Virus record (IMG/VR): IMGVR_UViG_3300030620_000014
Span: 1-44,023 of that record
DNA from: a virus
Taxonomy: Duplodnaviria > Caudoviricetes
Direction: 5' to 3' (one strand)
DNA: 44,023 nt
Shown here: one piece after another, positions 8,001 to 16,517 of the stretch
How the letters are laid out: the number at the start of each line of letters is the position of its first letter
Numbering within the stretch: position 1 is the first letter of the stretch
The notes under the pieces: model-generated
The model's input: the letters and a program-made list of their open reading frames with translations, nothing else
Told to the model about the DNA's origin: nothing
The model's database searches: none
Position numbers and translations under genes: made by a program

Positions 8001-9399
8001 CGAGCGCCTCGTAGGCCGCGATCACCTCCGGGTTGGTCGGTTGGCTGACCGCCTCGTCGTACATCTGCGCAATCCGGGTATGGTACGCCTCGTCGACGTC
8101 GCCCGCCTTGAGAGGTGCCTGTGGGCTGTGGTCCAGCCCGATCGACTCCGCGTATCGCCGCGCCACGTCCATCGCGTCGGCCGCCCTATCGATGTTCTTC
8201 GGAAGGAGCGGATTCGGCCGGGTCTCGACGTCCGAGAGGACTCGACGCGCCTCCGGCGTATCGAACACGACAGCACGGGTGGCGAGATCGCCGGTGTTGC
8301 CCGACTCGTAGTATCCGAGGTACCCCGCCTCGGCGAGAGCATCCTCCACGCGATTGTAGTTCGTCCCGTCCAGATTCCCAAGCTCGTGACGCTTCCGGGC
8401 AATGATGCCGTCCGGGTCGTCCGCGGCCGAGTACATCCGGTCGAGGGGAATGTCCACCTCGTGAACCGCCTCGGCCGAGCGGATGCCGGCGAACTGCTCC
8501 GGCTCGCCCGTGCCGGCGATGTAGAAGTTCGCCCGGTCTCGAGCGCCGGACGGATCATTCCGAAGTCGCCGGGCCTCCTCGCCCCGGACGCCAGTCTTGG
8601 CCCACATGCTCGAGGACGGGCCGAACCGGCGGAGGCGGATCGCCTCCCCGCCGCCTTGCCGAAGCAGACGGAACGGCACGGCCGCGGCCGTGAACGCCGG
8701 TCCCATGGCGATCTCGATTGCCCCTTCGAACGCCACGCGCTGCCCCTCGGGCAACGCCGCGAAGAATGAAAGCTCCGGGTCCGTCGCGATGGCCGCGGCC
8801 AGCGGCGCGGATGCCACGCCTTCGGCCGTCCGCGTCCCGAGCTTCCCGAGGCGGAGCAGCTTGGCCGCCGCGGCGCCGGCCCGCGCCGTTCCGACGAACG
8901 GGACGAGCATGGTCGCCAACTCCCCGAGAGCCTGCCCGGCGATGCCCGGGACCGGCTCCTGCTCCGGGCCGATCGCCCCGGCCACCGCGTCACGATCCCG
9001 GCGGATACCCTCTGCTACCTCGTCGGCACCGAACAGATCGAACAGCCCGGAGGTGACGGACGTCACGCCCCGGAGAGCGCCAGAGGCGACCCCGCGGCCG
9101 AGATCCTCGGCGCTCTGGCCGAGGAGCCCGATCCGCTCCCGGATGGTCATCCCGCCGGCGTCACGGTCGAGTAGGCCCCGGGGGCGGTTCGGGAGTGCCG
9201 GCTCCGTCTGGCCGGCAGCCGTCAGGAGTCCGCGCACTTCCATGTCGGACGCCGAGCCTCCGACGTGCATGGTAACGTACGTCTGCGCCAGCCGGGCGAT
9301 CTCCGCCGGCGTGGCCATGGCCCCTGTGCGCTCGCGGACGAACCGCTCGAACTCGGGGCTCATGCCGTGCTGTTCGATGAGCCTGAGAAACTCGTTCAT
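5089..9399 (-). CDS. Large internal virion/ejection protein with several enzyme-like domains (polyvalent-type)
   Basis: 1436 aa, last late gene. Ala/Gly-rich N-terminus typical of podovirus ejection proteins, followed by several globular domains (see findings). Confidence 0.75.
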   Translation of the reverse strand: MNEFLRLIEQHGMSPEFERFVRERTGAMATPAEIARLAQTYVTMHVGGSASDMEVRGLLTAAGQTEPALPNRPRGLLDRDAGGMTIRERIGLLGQSAEDLGRGVASGALRGVTSVTSGLFDLFGADEVAEGIRRDRDAVAGAIGPEQEPVPGIAGQALGELATMLVPFVGTARAGAAAAKLLRLGKLGTRTAEGVASAPLAAAIATDPELSFFAALPEGQRVAFEGAIEIAMGPAFTAAAVPFRLLRQGGGEAIRLRRFGPSSSMWAKTGVRGEEARRLRNDPSGARDRANFYIAGTGEPEQFAGIRSAEAVHEVDIPLDRMYSAADDPDGIIARKRHELGNLDGTNYNRVEDALAEAGYLGYYESGNTGDLATRAVVFDTPEARRVLSDVETRPNPLLPKNIDRAADAMDVARRYAESIGLDHSPQAPLKAGDVDEAYHTRIAQMYDEAVSQPTNPEVIAAYEALEQEVRDQFEWLTRSRLDGGAGIKVIFTEDDPYKTSAEMMQDITENGRLKVFASTADHHPLLSAEANNMLRADHDYWGHFAQQNNFAAHGEESAARMHSVMFSDAARPAMLTETRGQNSWFSFGPHRGLAPRDRPFAEQKVFLMEEWANGPEYVTPPPRVMTTRMDETVAKAHGEFGGSTFDAKSGANMVGQDKWAVAAGEPVLLDRPPTPEDIARFRAEHADALSEEGATVATWNNRTREDGTRIREGDEDFAHGKHELNVGRGFDSQDDARAFGTARGEHSILNLADPEFEAVRLDDEIGQAMLRARLDETVPARTEARASAFMASLTPTEAEAFAAMPARSQEDALRSFSLTTSARQGASIAILGAQAQRWYDASADSIVKMFGFDAPRFTALLAATSANAPVDNNLRSALRVWGEWDKAGRPADADEIKRIFETFGQPEGAVPNAVDNAITSLTASEKELMSPKFLDRFTTKGDPSLLHPDRKLTKAGRKEPSILSGPKVDPFYANLMGNTQRITQDTHMLRGAGALPELSKARKLAMNASTRAAAKQLSEITGTTVTPREVQAMQWTVFKALSEEIGTVRNRKTIGAALEEIAKEPGGITGGIRRRIEAMPSYSSLLSGGDEATDEILDLYGMGRVEFVPDHISPEFDPALIREADVRAIVQRMEKFERAGQKGATEQFLFQLTALAAAGAAATATGEEELLLAGMIPGGRRLDWNHLGKTAARAARTLGREAGLTTKGLTPETTADVARLQDKGQRFLPGFFDEVSGQAYPTGIAHDPMAVTDPALQRRMLRGGLESGIVDGFYDTETGRFLTREETAMASGAMYGESTMVEDAMKVTSPDDLQATVLAPDGTLYRARFHGEAMNEAVADGHKIADLEQGFTTPGGQFFNRDEAAARFGVRSTEDIAEQALLSEEIPESAFLTEQRPGGLTPGMQDAIDDLATLTQAAKKRGLLTKSPLPGAGDR

Positions 9400-10920
9400 C
9401 TAGCGTCTCCCTCCGGGCCGGACGTCCAGTCGGATTGTACCGACCCGCCAGTTCTCGTTCACCTCGACGAGCTTGATACGGACCATGCGCGCCTCGTGCA
9501 GCACACTCGTCCGCTGCGACAGCGTGATGACTCCGCTCGACGTCTCGGCGCCATCCGGCTCGAACTTGAACAGAAGCTCGGCCGTGACGTCGCCTTCGGT
9601 CTTGTCGTCCGGGACGATGTACGAGATGAACGCCACGCGATCCCCGTCTCCGATCTCCACCGGACCGGACTCGGCCGAGGGGGTGTATTCCCCGGACACC
9701 GGCTTCGGGTAGTCGTATGCGTCTTCGTGCGTCCACAGTTGCCCCTGCGCGTCCGCCATCAGCGGAAGCCGCTGCGGCCCGCGGTCCCACACGCTCGTCC
9801 GTTCGATCGACCCGATGTACCAGATGTCCAGCTTGTAGTTGTACACGACGTAACGGTCGTTCTCGTTCGAACCGGCCGAGGGGTAGAACCACCACACCTC
9901 GCCGAACTCGGCGATCGAGCCGGCCGCTACTTTCGACTGCTGAATCCAGTTGAAGTCCGAGAACACGTAGTCCGACACCTCGGACGGGAGATCCCGCGTG
10001 TACCCGTCGAACGAGTGGAACCCGCGCTTGGACATCCAGAAGAAGCGACTGTCGACACCTATCATTGAATGCCGACTGATCGCCCCGCAGTTCTGGCCAA
10101 CCTGCACCACCTGAAAGATGAGATCCCCGCCGACGTACCGGAAGGACCACAGATCCTTGTCGGTCCACACGAGGGTCTGCCCGCGGGCTCGGCGCCCGGC
10201 AAGGCACTCCCCGGCCCCGGAGAGCGGGTGGTCCCCGGCCTCATTCGTCTCCGTGGGCGTCCAGTCCGTCCGGTCCTCGGAGTCCGACCATTGCACGAGC
10301 CGGCGGTCGCCGTCCGCGCCGAGGGCCATGATATGCCCCTCCTCGGTCACGACCACCGCATTCGCGCTTGGCGCGTTCGAGACGGCCGTCAGGTCGTTCC
10401 CGGTGTCCAAATCCCACTCGTAGATCGTCGCGTCCGGGAACGCCACGGCGATGAGAAGCTCGCCGTAGTTGTCGAACTGCCAAGACCCCGCCTCGACGAT
10501 CTCATGCGTGATGTCCGAGACCACGCCCCCGTAGGGGCCTTCGCCGTAGATACCCTCGCCGTAGGCGCCGCCGTCCGTGACCGTGGCGTCCTCCGTCCCG
10601 GCCGTGAAACCGGAGGGGGTGATATCGGTGAGCACGCCGAGGTGGAAGGCATAGGCCGCCTCGAAGGTCCCGAACGCGAGATACACCGTGCCGTCGTCGC
10701 CGCGCCATCCGTACATCCCCCGGATCGGCTCGTCGACGTCGACCTGCTCGTCCGTGTCCGCGTCGATCACCGCACGCCACCCACCGACCGGCTGGAGCGC
10801 CACCTTGTCGTTCGCGGACGCGAACCAGCGGGCGAGTTGCGTGTGAAACCAGCGTCCCTTCGACTGGTACTCTGTCCCGTTGCGAAACACGCCCGGCGGG
10901 ATGTTGATCGGTACGAGCAT
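9400..10920 (-). CDS. Tail nozzle / packaged-DNA stabilization protein (P22 gp10-like beta-propeller)
   Basis: 506 aa; PPGVFRNGTEYQSKGRW start, VQWSDSED..WTPT.TNEAG, EVWWFYPS, YVVYNY; position in the tail module. Confidence 0.75.
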   Translation of the reverse strand: MLVPINIPPGVFRNGTEYQSKGRWFHTQLARWFASANDKVALQPVGGWRAVIDADTDEQVDVDEPIRGMYGWRGDDGTVYLAFGTFEAAYAFHLGVLTDITPSGFTAGTEDATVTDGGAYGEGIYGEGPYGGVVSDITHEIVEAGSWQFDNYGELLIAVAFPDATIYEWDLDTGNDLTAVSNAPSANAVVVTEEGHIMALGADGDRRLVQWSDSEDRTDWTPTETNEAGDHPLSGAGECLAGRRARGQTLVWTDKDLWSFRYVGGDLIFQVVQVGQNCGAISRHSMIGVDSRFFWMSKRGFHSFDGYTRDLPSEVSDYVFSDFNWIQQSKVAAGSIAEFGEVWWFYPSAGSNENDRYVVYNYKLDIWYIGSIERTSVWDRGPQRLPLMADAQGQLWTHEDAYDYPKPVSGEYTPSAESGPVEIGDGDRVAFISYIVPDDKTEGDVTAELLFKFEPDGAETSSGVITLSQRTSVLHEARMVRIKLVEVNENWRVGTIRLDVRPGGRR

Positions 10921-12471
10921 CTATCGTCTCCCTCCACGTCGGGTCTCGCCCGTCTCCGGGTCGTATTCGATTCCAAGGCGCACGTCCGAACTGAGCAGCC
11001 CGCCGCCGGCCCGCCCCGCCTGCGTGGTCGCCGCGGTGCGTCCTCGAGAGCGGGCATGTGAGAACAGTTTCGCGATCTCCCCGTCACGGATCATCCGCTC
11101 GATACGCCGGGCGCCCTCCTCCCCCTCCTCGAGGAGGATCTCGCCGACCATCTCGGCGATCTGCTGACGCCGCCGCTGCTGGTCCATGAGAAGGTTTCGG
11201 GCCGTGGCCCCGAGCCCCTCGATCTTCGAGGGAAGGTCCGGGCGGAACGTCGGCACGGCCGCCTCGATCGCGCTGGCCAGTCGTTCGTACCCCTTCTGCT
11301 GCGTGATGAGTTGTGCGTACTGCCGGCGGGCCTCCCGGAAGCCGGGGACCGCAACGTCGAGCGCGTTGTCGAGCCGCCCGAGGGCCTGCACGACTTCTTC
11401 CCGCTGTACCGACGTGATGGACCGGCTGTTGCGCCGCTTCTGGAGCCGCTCGCGGATGCTCTGCAACTGACGGAAGCTCAGATCCCGGACCTTGCTCGGG
11501 TCCCGGTTGATGAGACCCTTCGCCGCGTCGACGACCGCCGGGTCGGACGTGACGAGGTTCCGCAGCGCCGGATCGTCCACATTGGCGAACGACTGCTCGA
11601 GCGGCTCGAAGATCGCCCGGCGGGCTGCGCCGAACGTCGCCGGGTCGCCCCGGCGAATGACTCGCTGCACCGGGCCGCCGGACCGCCGGAGCCCCTGCCC
11701 CTGACGGACCACGCTTGGCAGGATGCGCTCCAGCACCGGGTCGACGTCCGCCACGACGCCGCCCTCGGGGAGCGTGCGGACCTTCTGTCCGATCTGCTCT
11801 CGAGGGATACCCGTAGCGTCGACCATCTCTCGAAGCGCCTGATTCGCGACTGACTGATTCGGCCGGAGCGGGGACAGGAGCTTCGACGCCACACCGCCGC
11901 CCCCGGAGAGGAGCCCGCCGGTAAAGCCGCCGGCCGCCCCGCCGCCGAGCGCCCCGGAAAACCTGCCCCCGGGCTCCGCCGTGCCGGCGCCCATGGCCGC
12001 GCCTTCGGCTGCTCCCACGGCCGCTCCAGCGCCCGCGGTACGTGCTACGCCCCCGGCGCCCCGGAGAGCGCGGAAGGCCCGGGCCGCTCCGGCCCCGGGA
12101 ACCGCCACCGCCCCGGCGATCTCGCCGGCCAGCGCCGCCCCGGGGTTGTCCGCCCGGATCTGATCCATCCTCGCGCGGCTCGCCTCGGCGTCTCCGCCGA
12201 ACATACCGACAAGCTCGTCCGCGGTGCCGAAGGTCGCCCCCTCTGCCATGGCCCGCAGGAAGTCGGAGATGGGGGTCTTGTTGTTCACGGACTCCGCCAA
12301 CCGGCGGTCCGCCTCAGCCTCCGGGTCGACCGCGACCGTCAGGGACATCATCCCTGCGAACTGACCGTCCGTCACCCCCCGGATATATTCGTTGATGTCG
12401 TTGTAGCTCGCCCCACGCTCCAGAGCGTCCCGGGCGTCGGCGAGAAGCTTCCTGAGTTCCGCCTCGTTCAT
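10921..12471 (-). CDS. Internal virion (ejection) protein
   Basis: GATFGTADEL motif, Gly/Ala-rich membrane-spanning-like stretch and helical C-terminus; position in the tail module. Confidence 0.65.
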   Translation of the reverse strand: MNEAELRKLLADARDALERGASYNDINEYIRGVTDGQFAGMMSLTVAVDPEAEADRRLAESVNNKTPISDFLRAMAEGATFGTADELVGMFGGDAEASRARMDQIRADNPGAALAGEIAGAVAVPGAGAARAFRALRGAGGVARTAGAGAAVGAAEGAAMGAGTAEPGGRFSGALGGGAAGGFTGGLLSGGGGVASKLLSPLRPNQSVANQALREMVDATGIPREQIGQKVRTLPEGGVVADVDPVLERILPSVVRQGQGLRRSGGPVQRVIRRGDPATFGAARRAIFEPLEQSFANVDDPALRNLVTSDPAVVDAAKGLINRDPSKVRDLSFRQLQSIRERLQKRRNSRSITSVQREEVVQALGRLDNALDVAVPGFREARRQYAQLITQQKGYERLASAIEAAVPTFRPDLPSKIEGLGATARNLLMDQQRRRQQIAEMVGEILLEEGEEGARRIERMIRDGEIAKLFSHARSRGRTAATTQAGRAGGGLLSSDVRLGIEYDPETGETRRGGRR

Positions 12472-13563
12472 CTATCGCCTCCCGGGGACCAAGTGTTCCA
12501 TCTGATTACCGGACTCGCCGGCGCCGCCCCCTCGCACCCTGTCGAAGGGATCGCGGCCCTGCTCGATATCCTGCACGACCGACTCGAGACGCCGGATCTT
12601 TGAACGTACCGTCTCGGGCGACTCGCCCGGCCGCGGCACGGCGAACGTCTCCAGCCGCTTGACTTCCATCTCGGAAGCCTGCGCGCCCGAACGCGAACGC
12701 ACGATGAGCGACATAATGTTGTTCGACGCCGCAAAGAACTGCTGGAACTCGGGACTGGTGAGCCCGCGGGTCCAGTCCGAACCCCCGGCCATCTGCTCGA
12801 GCACCCCGAACGGCTTGTCGCCGCGGGCGCTGAGAATGCGCCTCATCTCGTCCGTGTCCCGGCGAAGCTGATTCGCGAGGGCCGTGTCCACCTCGTCTCC
12901 CGACACGGTATCTGCGAGACGACGCGGGCCGATCTGCCGGCCCGAAGTCGGGTCGGCGAAGTACTGGTAGACGAGCCCGGTCTCCGGGTCCAACTCCTTC
13001 ACGAGGGTTCCCCTCTCCGGGTCGTCCGGGAGCGGCTGCGCGCCCGGAAGCGGCACACCGTCGAGCGTCGTGTACATACGGTTCCGCTTGCTCCACGTCG
13101 CCAGCACCTTCTGACCCGTGGGCGTGAGAACCTCTTTCGGCGCGTCGAACTCCTCCGGCTCGGGGGCCTTCGGCGGGCCAAGTTCCCGAATCGTCCGGCC
13201 GTCCGTCTTGTTGATGAGGGCCGTCGACCCGTCCGCCCGGGTGACGACCTGAGTCTCGAAGTCGGGGACCTCCGGCAGCAGCGCCTCCGTCTGTTCTGCG
13301 CGCGTGGCTTGGCCCGCGGCTCCTGCGAGACCGATGGTCTCCAAGAGACCCCCGGAGCCCGGTCGCGATGAAGCGACGAGCCCGGCGAGACCGGCGTTGA
13401 TGAGCGCCGACCGGCGGATTCTGTCGTTCTCCTCGGGAGAAAGCCGAGGGTCATAGAGCCCTGTGAAAATGCGGTCCAGAGGGCCGTCGCTGACGACGTT
13501 CTCTGGCGTCGTGGCCGCCGGGCCGCTCAGGAGGCCGCCCGAATACCCAATACCTTCCGGCAT
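12472..13563 (-). CDS. Internal virion (ejection) protein
   Basis: RSRSGAQASEMEVKRLETFAVPRPGESPETVRSK resembles the C-terminal motif of phage DNA-transfer proteins. Confidence 0.65.
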   Translation of the reverse strand: MPEGIGYSGGLLSGPAATTPENVVSDGPLDRIFTGLYDPRLSPEENDRIRRSALINAGLAGLVASSRPGSGGLLETIGLAGAAGQATRAEQTEALLPEVPDFETQVVTRADGSTALINKTDGRTIRELGPPKAPEPEEFDAPKEVLTPTGQKVLATWSKRNRMYTTLDGVPLPGAQPLPDDPERGTLVKELDPETGLVYQYFADPTSGRQIGPRRLADTVSGDEVDTALANQLRRDTDEMRRILSARGDKPFGVLEQMAGGSDWTRGLTSPEFQQFFAASNNIMSLIVRSRSGAQASEMEVKRLETFAVPRPGESPETVRSKIRRLESVVQDIEQGRDPFDRVRGGGAGESGNQMEHLVPGRR

Positions 13564-13572
13564 GTGTGCCTC

Positions 13573-14394
13573 CTAGAACTGCGGTGCGAAAAGGGGAGGA
13601 GCCTGTACCTGATCCGGGTGCGGCAGCCCGTAGGGGCTCGCCGGCAGCCGGACATCCGGTACCGGGATATTGAGAGAGCCCGGGCTACGAAGTCCTTGCC
13701 CGAGAAGTCCCCCGCTGACTCCCCCGCCGAGAACCCGGCTCAATGTGCCCCCGTGCTGTCCGGTCGTGACCGTGCCGGCGCCGCCCGGGCCGAGACCCGT
13801 CGCCCCGGCGGAGAGCGCCCCGCTGATGCGATCCACGTTGAACCCGGCCCGGCCGAGCGCGAACCGATTCGCCTGCTCGAAACCGGCGGAGCGGAGCCCG
13901 GCGATCGTCGACGCCCGCTGCCGATCGATCTGCGACTCGCGCTGTGCCTGTAGCACCGCGCCGCGGGACCCGCGGGCCGAGCCGGCCATCGCCGCCTCTT
14001 GCCGCGCCGACAGCCCTGCACGGTCACGGGCCACGTCGAAGTCCGCGTTGGCGGCGTCAATGACTTCCTGCTGGTACGGGTCCATGAACGCCCGGAAGCT
14101 CTCCGGGTCGAACGTCACGTCCTCGCCGGTCATCCCGCCCCCGAGGAGGCCGCTGAACCCCTGCGCCCCCGGGCGGAGGAACTGCTCGAGATACCGCTGA
14201 GTGGCCGGGTCGAGTTGCGTCGTCTGTTTCTGCCCCCCGCCTCCGAACAGCCCGCCGAGCGCCCCGGCCCCAATGAGGCCGACAGTCAGAGGGTCAATGG
14301 CCAAGACCACCCCCGTGTCCGCGGGCTGGAGGTAGACGTAGGCCGTGGCCGCCATGGCCACGATCCCGAGGACCAGTCTCGTGATGAATCGCAT
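13573..14394 (-). CDS. DNA pilot/ejection protein (P22 gp7-like)
   Basis: GGAG RBS before ATG14394; GAGALGGLFGGGG, FMDPYQQEVID and a Gly-rich C-terminus. Confidence 0.65.
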   Translation of the reverse strand: MRFITRLVLGIVAMAATAYVYLQPADTGVVLAIDPLTVGLIGAGALGGLFGGGGQKQTTQLDPATQRYLEQFLRPGAQGFSGLLGGGMTGEDVTFDPESFRAFMDPYQQEVIDAANADFDVARDRAGLSARQEAAMAGSARGSRGAVLQAQRESQIDRQRASTIAGLRSAGFEQANRFALGRAGFNVDRISGALSAGATGLGPGGAGTVTTGQHGGTLSRVLGGGVSGGLLGQGLRSPGSLNIPVPDVRLPASPYGLPHPDQVQAPPLFAPQF

Positions 14395-14415
14395 CGTGCG
14401 TTCTCTCCCCACAGG

Positions 14416-14841
14416 CTAGTTGACGCTCCGACTCACCTCGAACCACGAGGTTCCGTCGAATATGAGCGTGATCGTGTCGTCCGCCGAGCCCGTGAAGTCG
14501 GAGCCGCCGGACAGGTGCATGTTCGCACCGTCTTTGAGGGTGAAGTTCCCTGTCGTGAAAAGTATGGTGATCGTCTGACCCTCGACTCCATCGTCGAAGG
14601 CGGTCACGTCTGTGGCGTTCGCGTAGGACTCGGAGAACAGCGTCCGCCCCGCGACTGACGGGGTGGCGTCGTCGTCCGTGAACTCCACGACTTCTCCGCC
14701 GATCGCCTCCTCCGCCGCGAGGCTCGCCACCTCAATGAGCAACCGCTCCAAGTCGTCCCGGAACACCGACTCATTCTGAGGGTCGTATCGCGGGGACGGC
14801 AGCGGGAACGTCACATGGATTCTGCGTCGCCGCCGGGCCAT
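14416..14841 (-). CDS. Virion/tail-associated hypothetical protein
   Basis: LPSPRYDPQNE..FR..LER N-terminus and a beta-rich C-terminus (DTITLIFDGTSWFEVSR). Confidence 0.6.
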   Translation of the reverse strand: MARRRRRIHVTFPLPSPRYDPQNESVFRDDLERLLIEVASLAAEEAIGGEVVEFTDDDATPSVAGRTLFSESYANATDVTAFDDGVEGQTITILFTTGNFTLKDGANMHLSGGSDFTGSADDTITLIFDGTSWFEVSRSVN

Positions 14842-15375
14842 CTAGATAACCCTCCGCGTCCACCCGAGCAGGAACCGATTCACGAGATCCCGGCGGAGGG
14901 AGCGGTAGTACCGAAGCTGGAGCAGGTTGAACCTGTCCCGCCATGCCACGATATGCAGCGCCCCCATCCCCCCGAGGGTGTTCAGCACGGATAGCGTGTT
15001 GAAACCTATGATCCCGTCCTCGACCAGCCTGTCGGGAATCCCGGCTACCTCGAGAATGTCGTTCGCGGCCTCCTGTGCTGTCCGTACCGCCACCCCGCCG
15101 TTCTGATGTGCAGGGTCGGCGTTGATCGTGAACTCGAAAATCTCGTCCGCCACGGACTGATACCGTAGCTCCCCGAGCCGCCTTGGGCTCCAGTAACGCC
15201 GGTCGTACACCTCCATGGCCTGCTCTCGAGTCAGGTTCGCGATGTCGAGGTCCGGGTTTGCCCGCTGCGAAATACCCCACTTGGTCGTCCCGCCGGGGTC
15301 GCCCGGCACCGTATGTACGACGCCACCACCCTCCAACTCCATAGCGAAGTCGAACGCCGCGCCAAGGTCAGCCAT
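14842..15375 (-). CDS. Endolysin, glycoside hydrolase family 108 (TtsA-like)
   Basis: EGG..H..PGDPGGTTKWGIS catalytic motif, DGIIGFNTL peptidoglycan-binding motif and C-terminal FLLGWTRRV. Confidence 0.88.
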   Translation of the reverse strand: MADLGAAFDFAMELEGGGVVHTVPGDPGGTTKWGISQRANPDLDIANLTREQAMEVYDRRYWSPRRLGELRYQSVADEIFEFTINADPAHQNGGVAVRTAQEAANDILEVAGIPDRLVEDGIIGFNTLSVLNTLGGMGALHIVAWRDRFNLLQLRYYRSLRRDLVNRFLLGWTRRVI

Positions 15376-15544
15376 TATCGGACACCTTCCTCGCGATGAG
15401 CATGTTCGCTCCGTGATAGGCCACATTCACCGTGCTGACGATAGTCGTCCATTCCGCAGTCAGCTTGCCCATCAGGGCGAGCACGAAGGACAGGACGAGC
15501 GAGCCAGCCGCCATGATGAACTTCCGCGATCTGTATCGCTCCAT
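15368..15544 (-). CDS. Putative holin
   Basis: 58 aa, SRKF followed by two hydrophobic segments; overlaps the lysin start. Confidence 0.6.
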   Translation of the reverse strand: MERYRSRKFIMAAGSLVLSFVLALMGKLTAEWTTIVSTVNVAYHGANMLIARKVSDNG

Positions 15545-15548
15545 GACC

Positions 15549-15806
15549 CTACCCCCGCTCGAAAAGGAACTTTGTGATGACTCCGCCAAGAGCCCCGGCG
15601 ATCGCCGCGAGGACTGCGATCCCGCCGGCGAGCTTGCCTTTGAACTGCTCCAGCTTGGCGACTCGGTTGCTGATGATGCGCGAGTAGACTTTCTGGCCCT
15701 CCTGCTCCGACTTGATCCCGTCGAGCATCCCCTCGATCCGGCCGAGGGACCGCTGAACCTCCCTCTGCGTCGACTGGATTTCCTCCAGCGCGTGTTGGTA
15801 GTTCAT
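15549..15806 (-). CDS. Coiled-coil protein with C-terminal TM helix (holin/antiholin- or XhlA-like)
   Basis: RVAKLEQFKGKLAGGIAVLAAIAGALGGV; adjacent to the lysis genes. Confidence 0.55.
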   Translation of the reverse strand: MNYQHALEEIQSTQREVQRSLGRIEGMLDGIKSEQEGQKVYSRIISNRVAKLEQFKGKLAGGIAVLAAIAGALGGVITKFLFERG

Positions 15807-15809
15807 GGT

Positions 15810-16508
15810 CTACTCTCCCGGCGCGATGCGAACGCCCTCGAAGAACGAGCCGACGCCGGATGTGACACTCTCGGAGCCGCTGCCCCCCGGGTCGATCTGA
15901 ATAACCCACACCTCGATCTCGTCTCCGTCCTCGAGGTCGACGAGGGTCTGCGCCTGCACGGTGACGTCCCCGGATGCCGAGGACACGCCTTTGGTCGTTG
16001 ACGGCGTGCGTCCTGACGCCACCGCCAACCCGTTCACCCGAATCTCGACATACCACGAGTTTGAGTCATCCGCGCCCCCGTGGAAATCGCCCGTGATCGA
16101 GGCGTGCAGCATCCAGAGCCCGCCACCGTCCGCGGGGACCGTCGCCGTGCCGGAGGCATGAATGTCCCCTTCGTCGAACTCCTCGACGTCCCACACCACC
16201 TTGGTCGCCGTGCCCTGCGGAATCGCCTGCCCCGTGCCGCGACGCGCCTTGAAGTACAGGGCGGTACTACCGCCGGCGTCCTCCACGGTCGTGACTCGAT
16301 CGTCCAGCGCGTCGACTTCCGTCTCCAGCGTATTGACCTGCTCCTGCAACTCCCCGATAACGCCGTCGATCCCCATAGGGTCTTCCTCGTCGGACGTCGT
16401 ACCGATATTGCCGAAGATGAGATTTAGCAGGGTGCCCCATGACCCGATGTTTCCACCGATGTCAGGCAGCGCCCACTTGTAGTTTGTGGTCGGGTCCTGT
16501 ACCGCCAT
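15810..16508 (-). CDS. Short tail fibre with C1q/TNF-like head
   Basis: Anchor motif TTNYKWALPDIGG..SWGTLLN, a coiled coil, then YFKARR..Q.IP...TKVVWDVEEFD...GLWMLHAS...LEDGDEIEV. Confidence 0.7.
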   Translation of the reverse strand: MAVQDPTTNYKWALPDIGGNIGSWGTLLNLIFGNIGTTSDEEDPMGIDGVIGELQEQVNTLETEVDALDDRVTTVEDAGGSTALYFKARRGTGQAIPQGTATKVVWDVEEFDEGDIHASGTATVPADGGGLWMLHASITGDFHGGADDSNSWYVEIRVNGLAVASGRTPSTTKGVSSASGDVTVQAQTLVDLEDGDEIEVWVIQIDPGGSGSESVTSGVGSFFEGVRIAPGE

Positions 16509-16517
16509 GAGGTTCTC

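Noticed and set aside
9400-12490. Repeated GGRR/GRR C-termini as double-glycine cleavage sites for the C39-like protease
   Set aside because: They are more simply explained by the next gene's Shine-Dalgarno sequence (GGA GGG AGA CG) overlapping the last codons.
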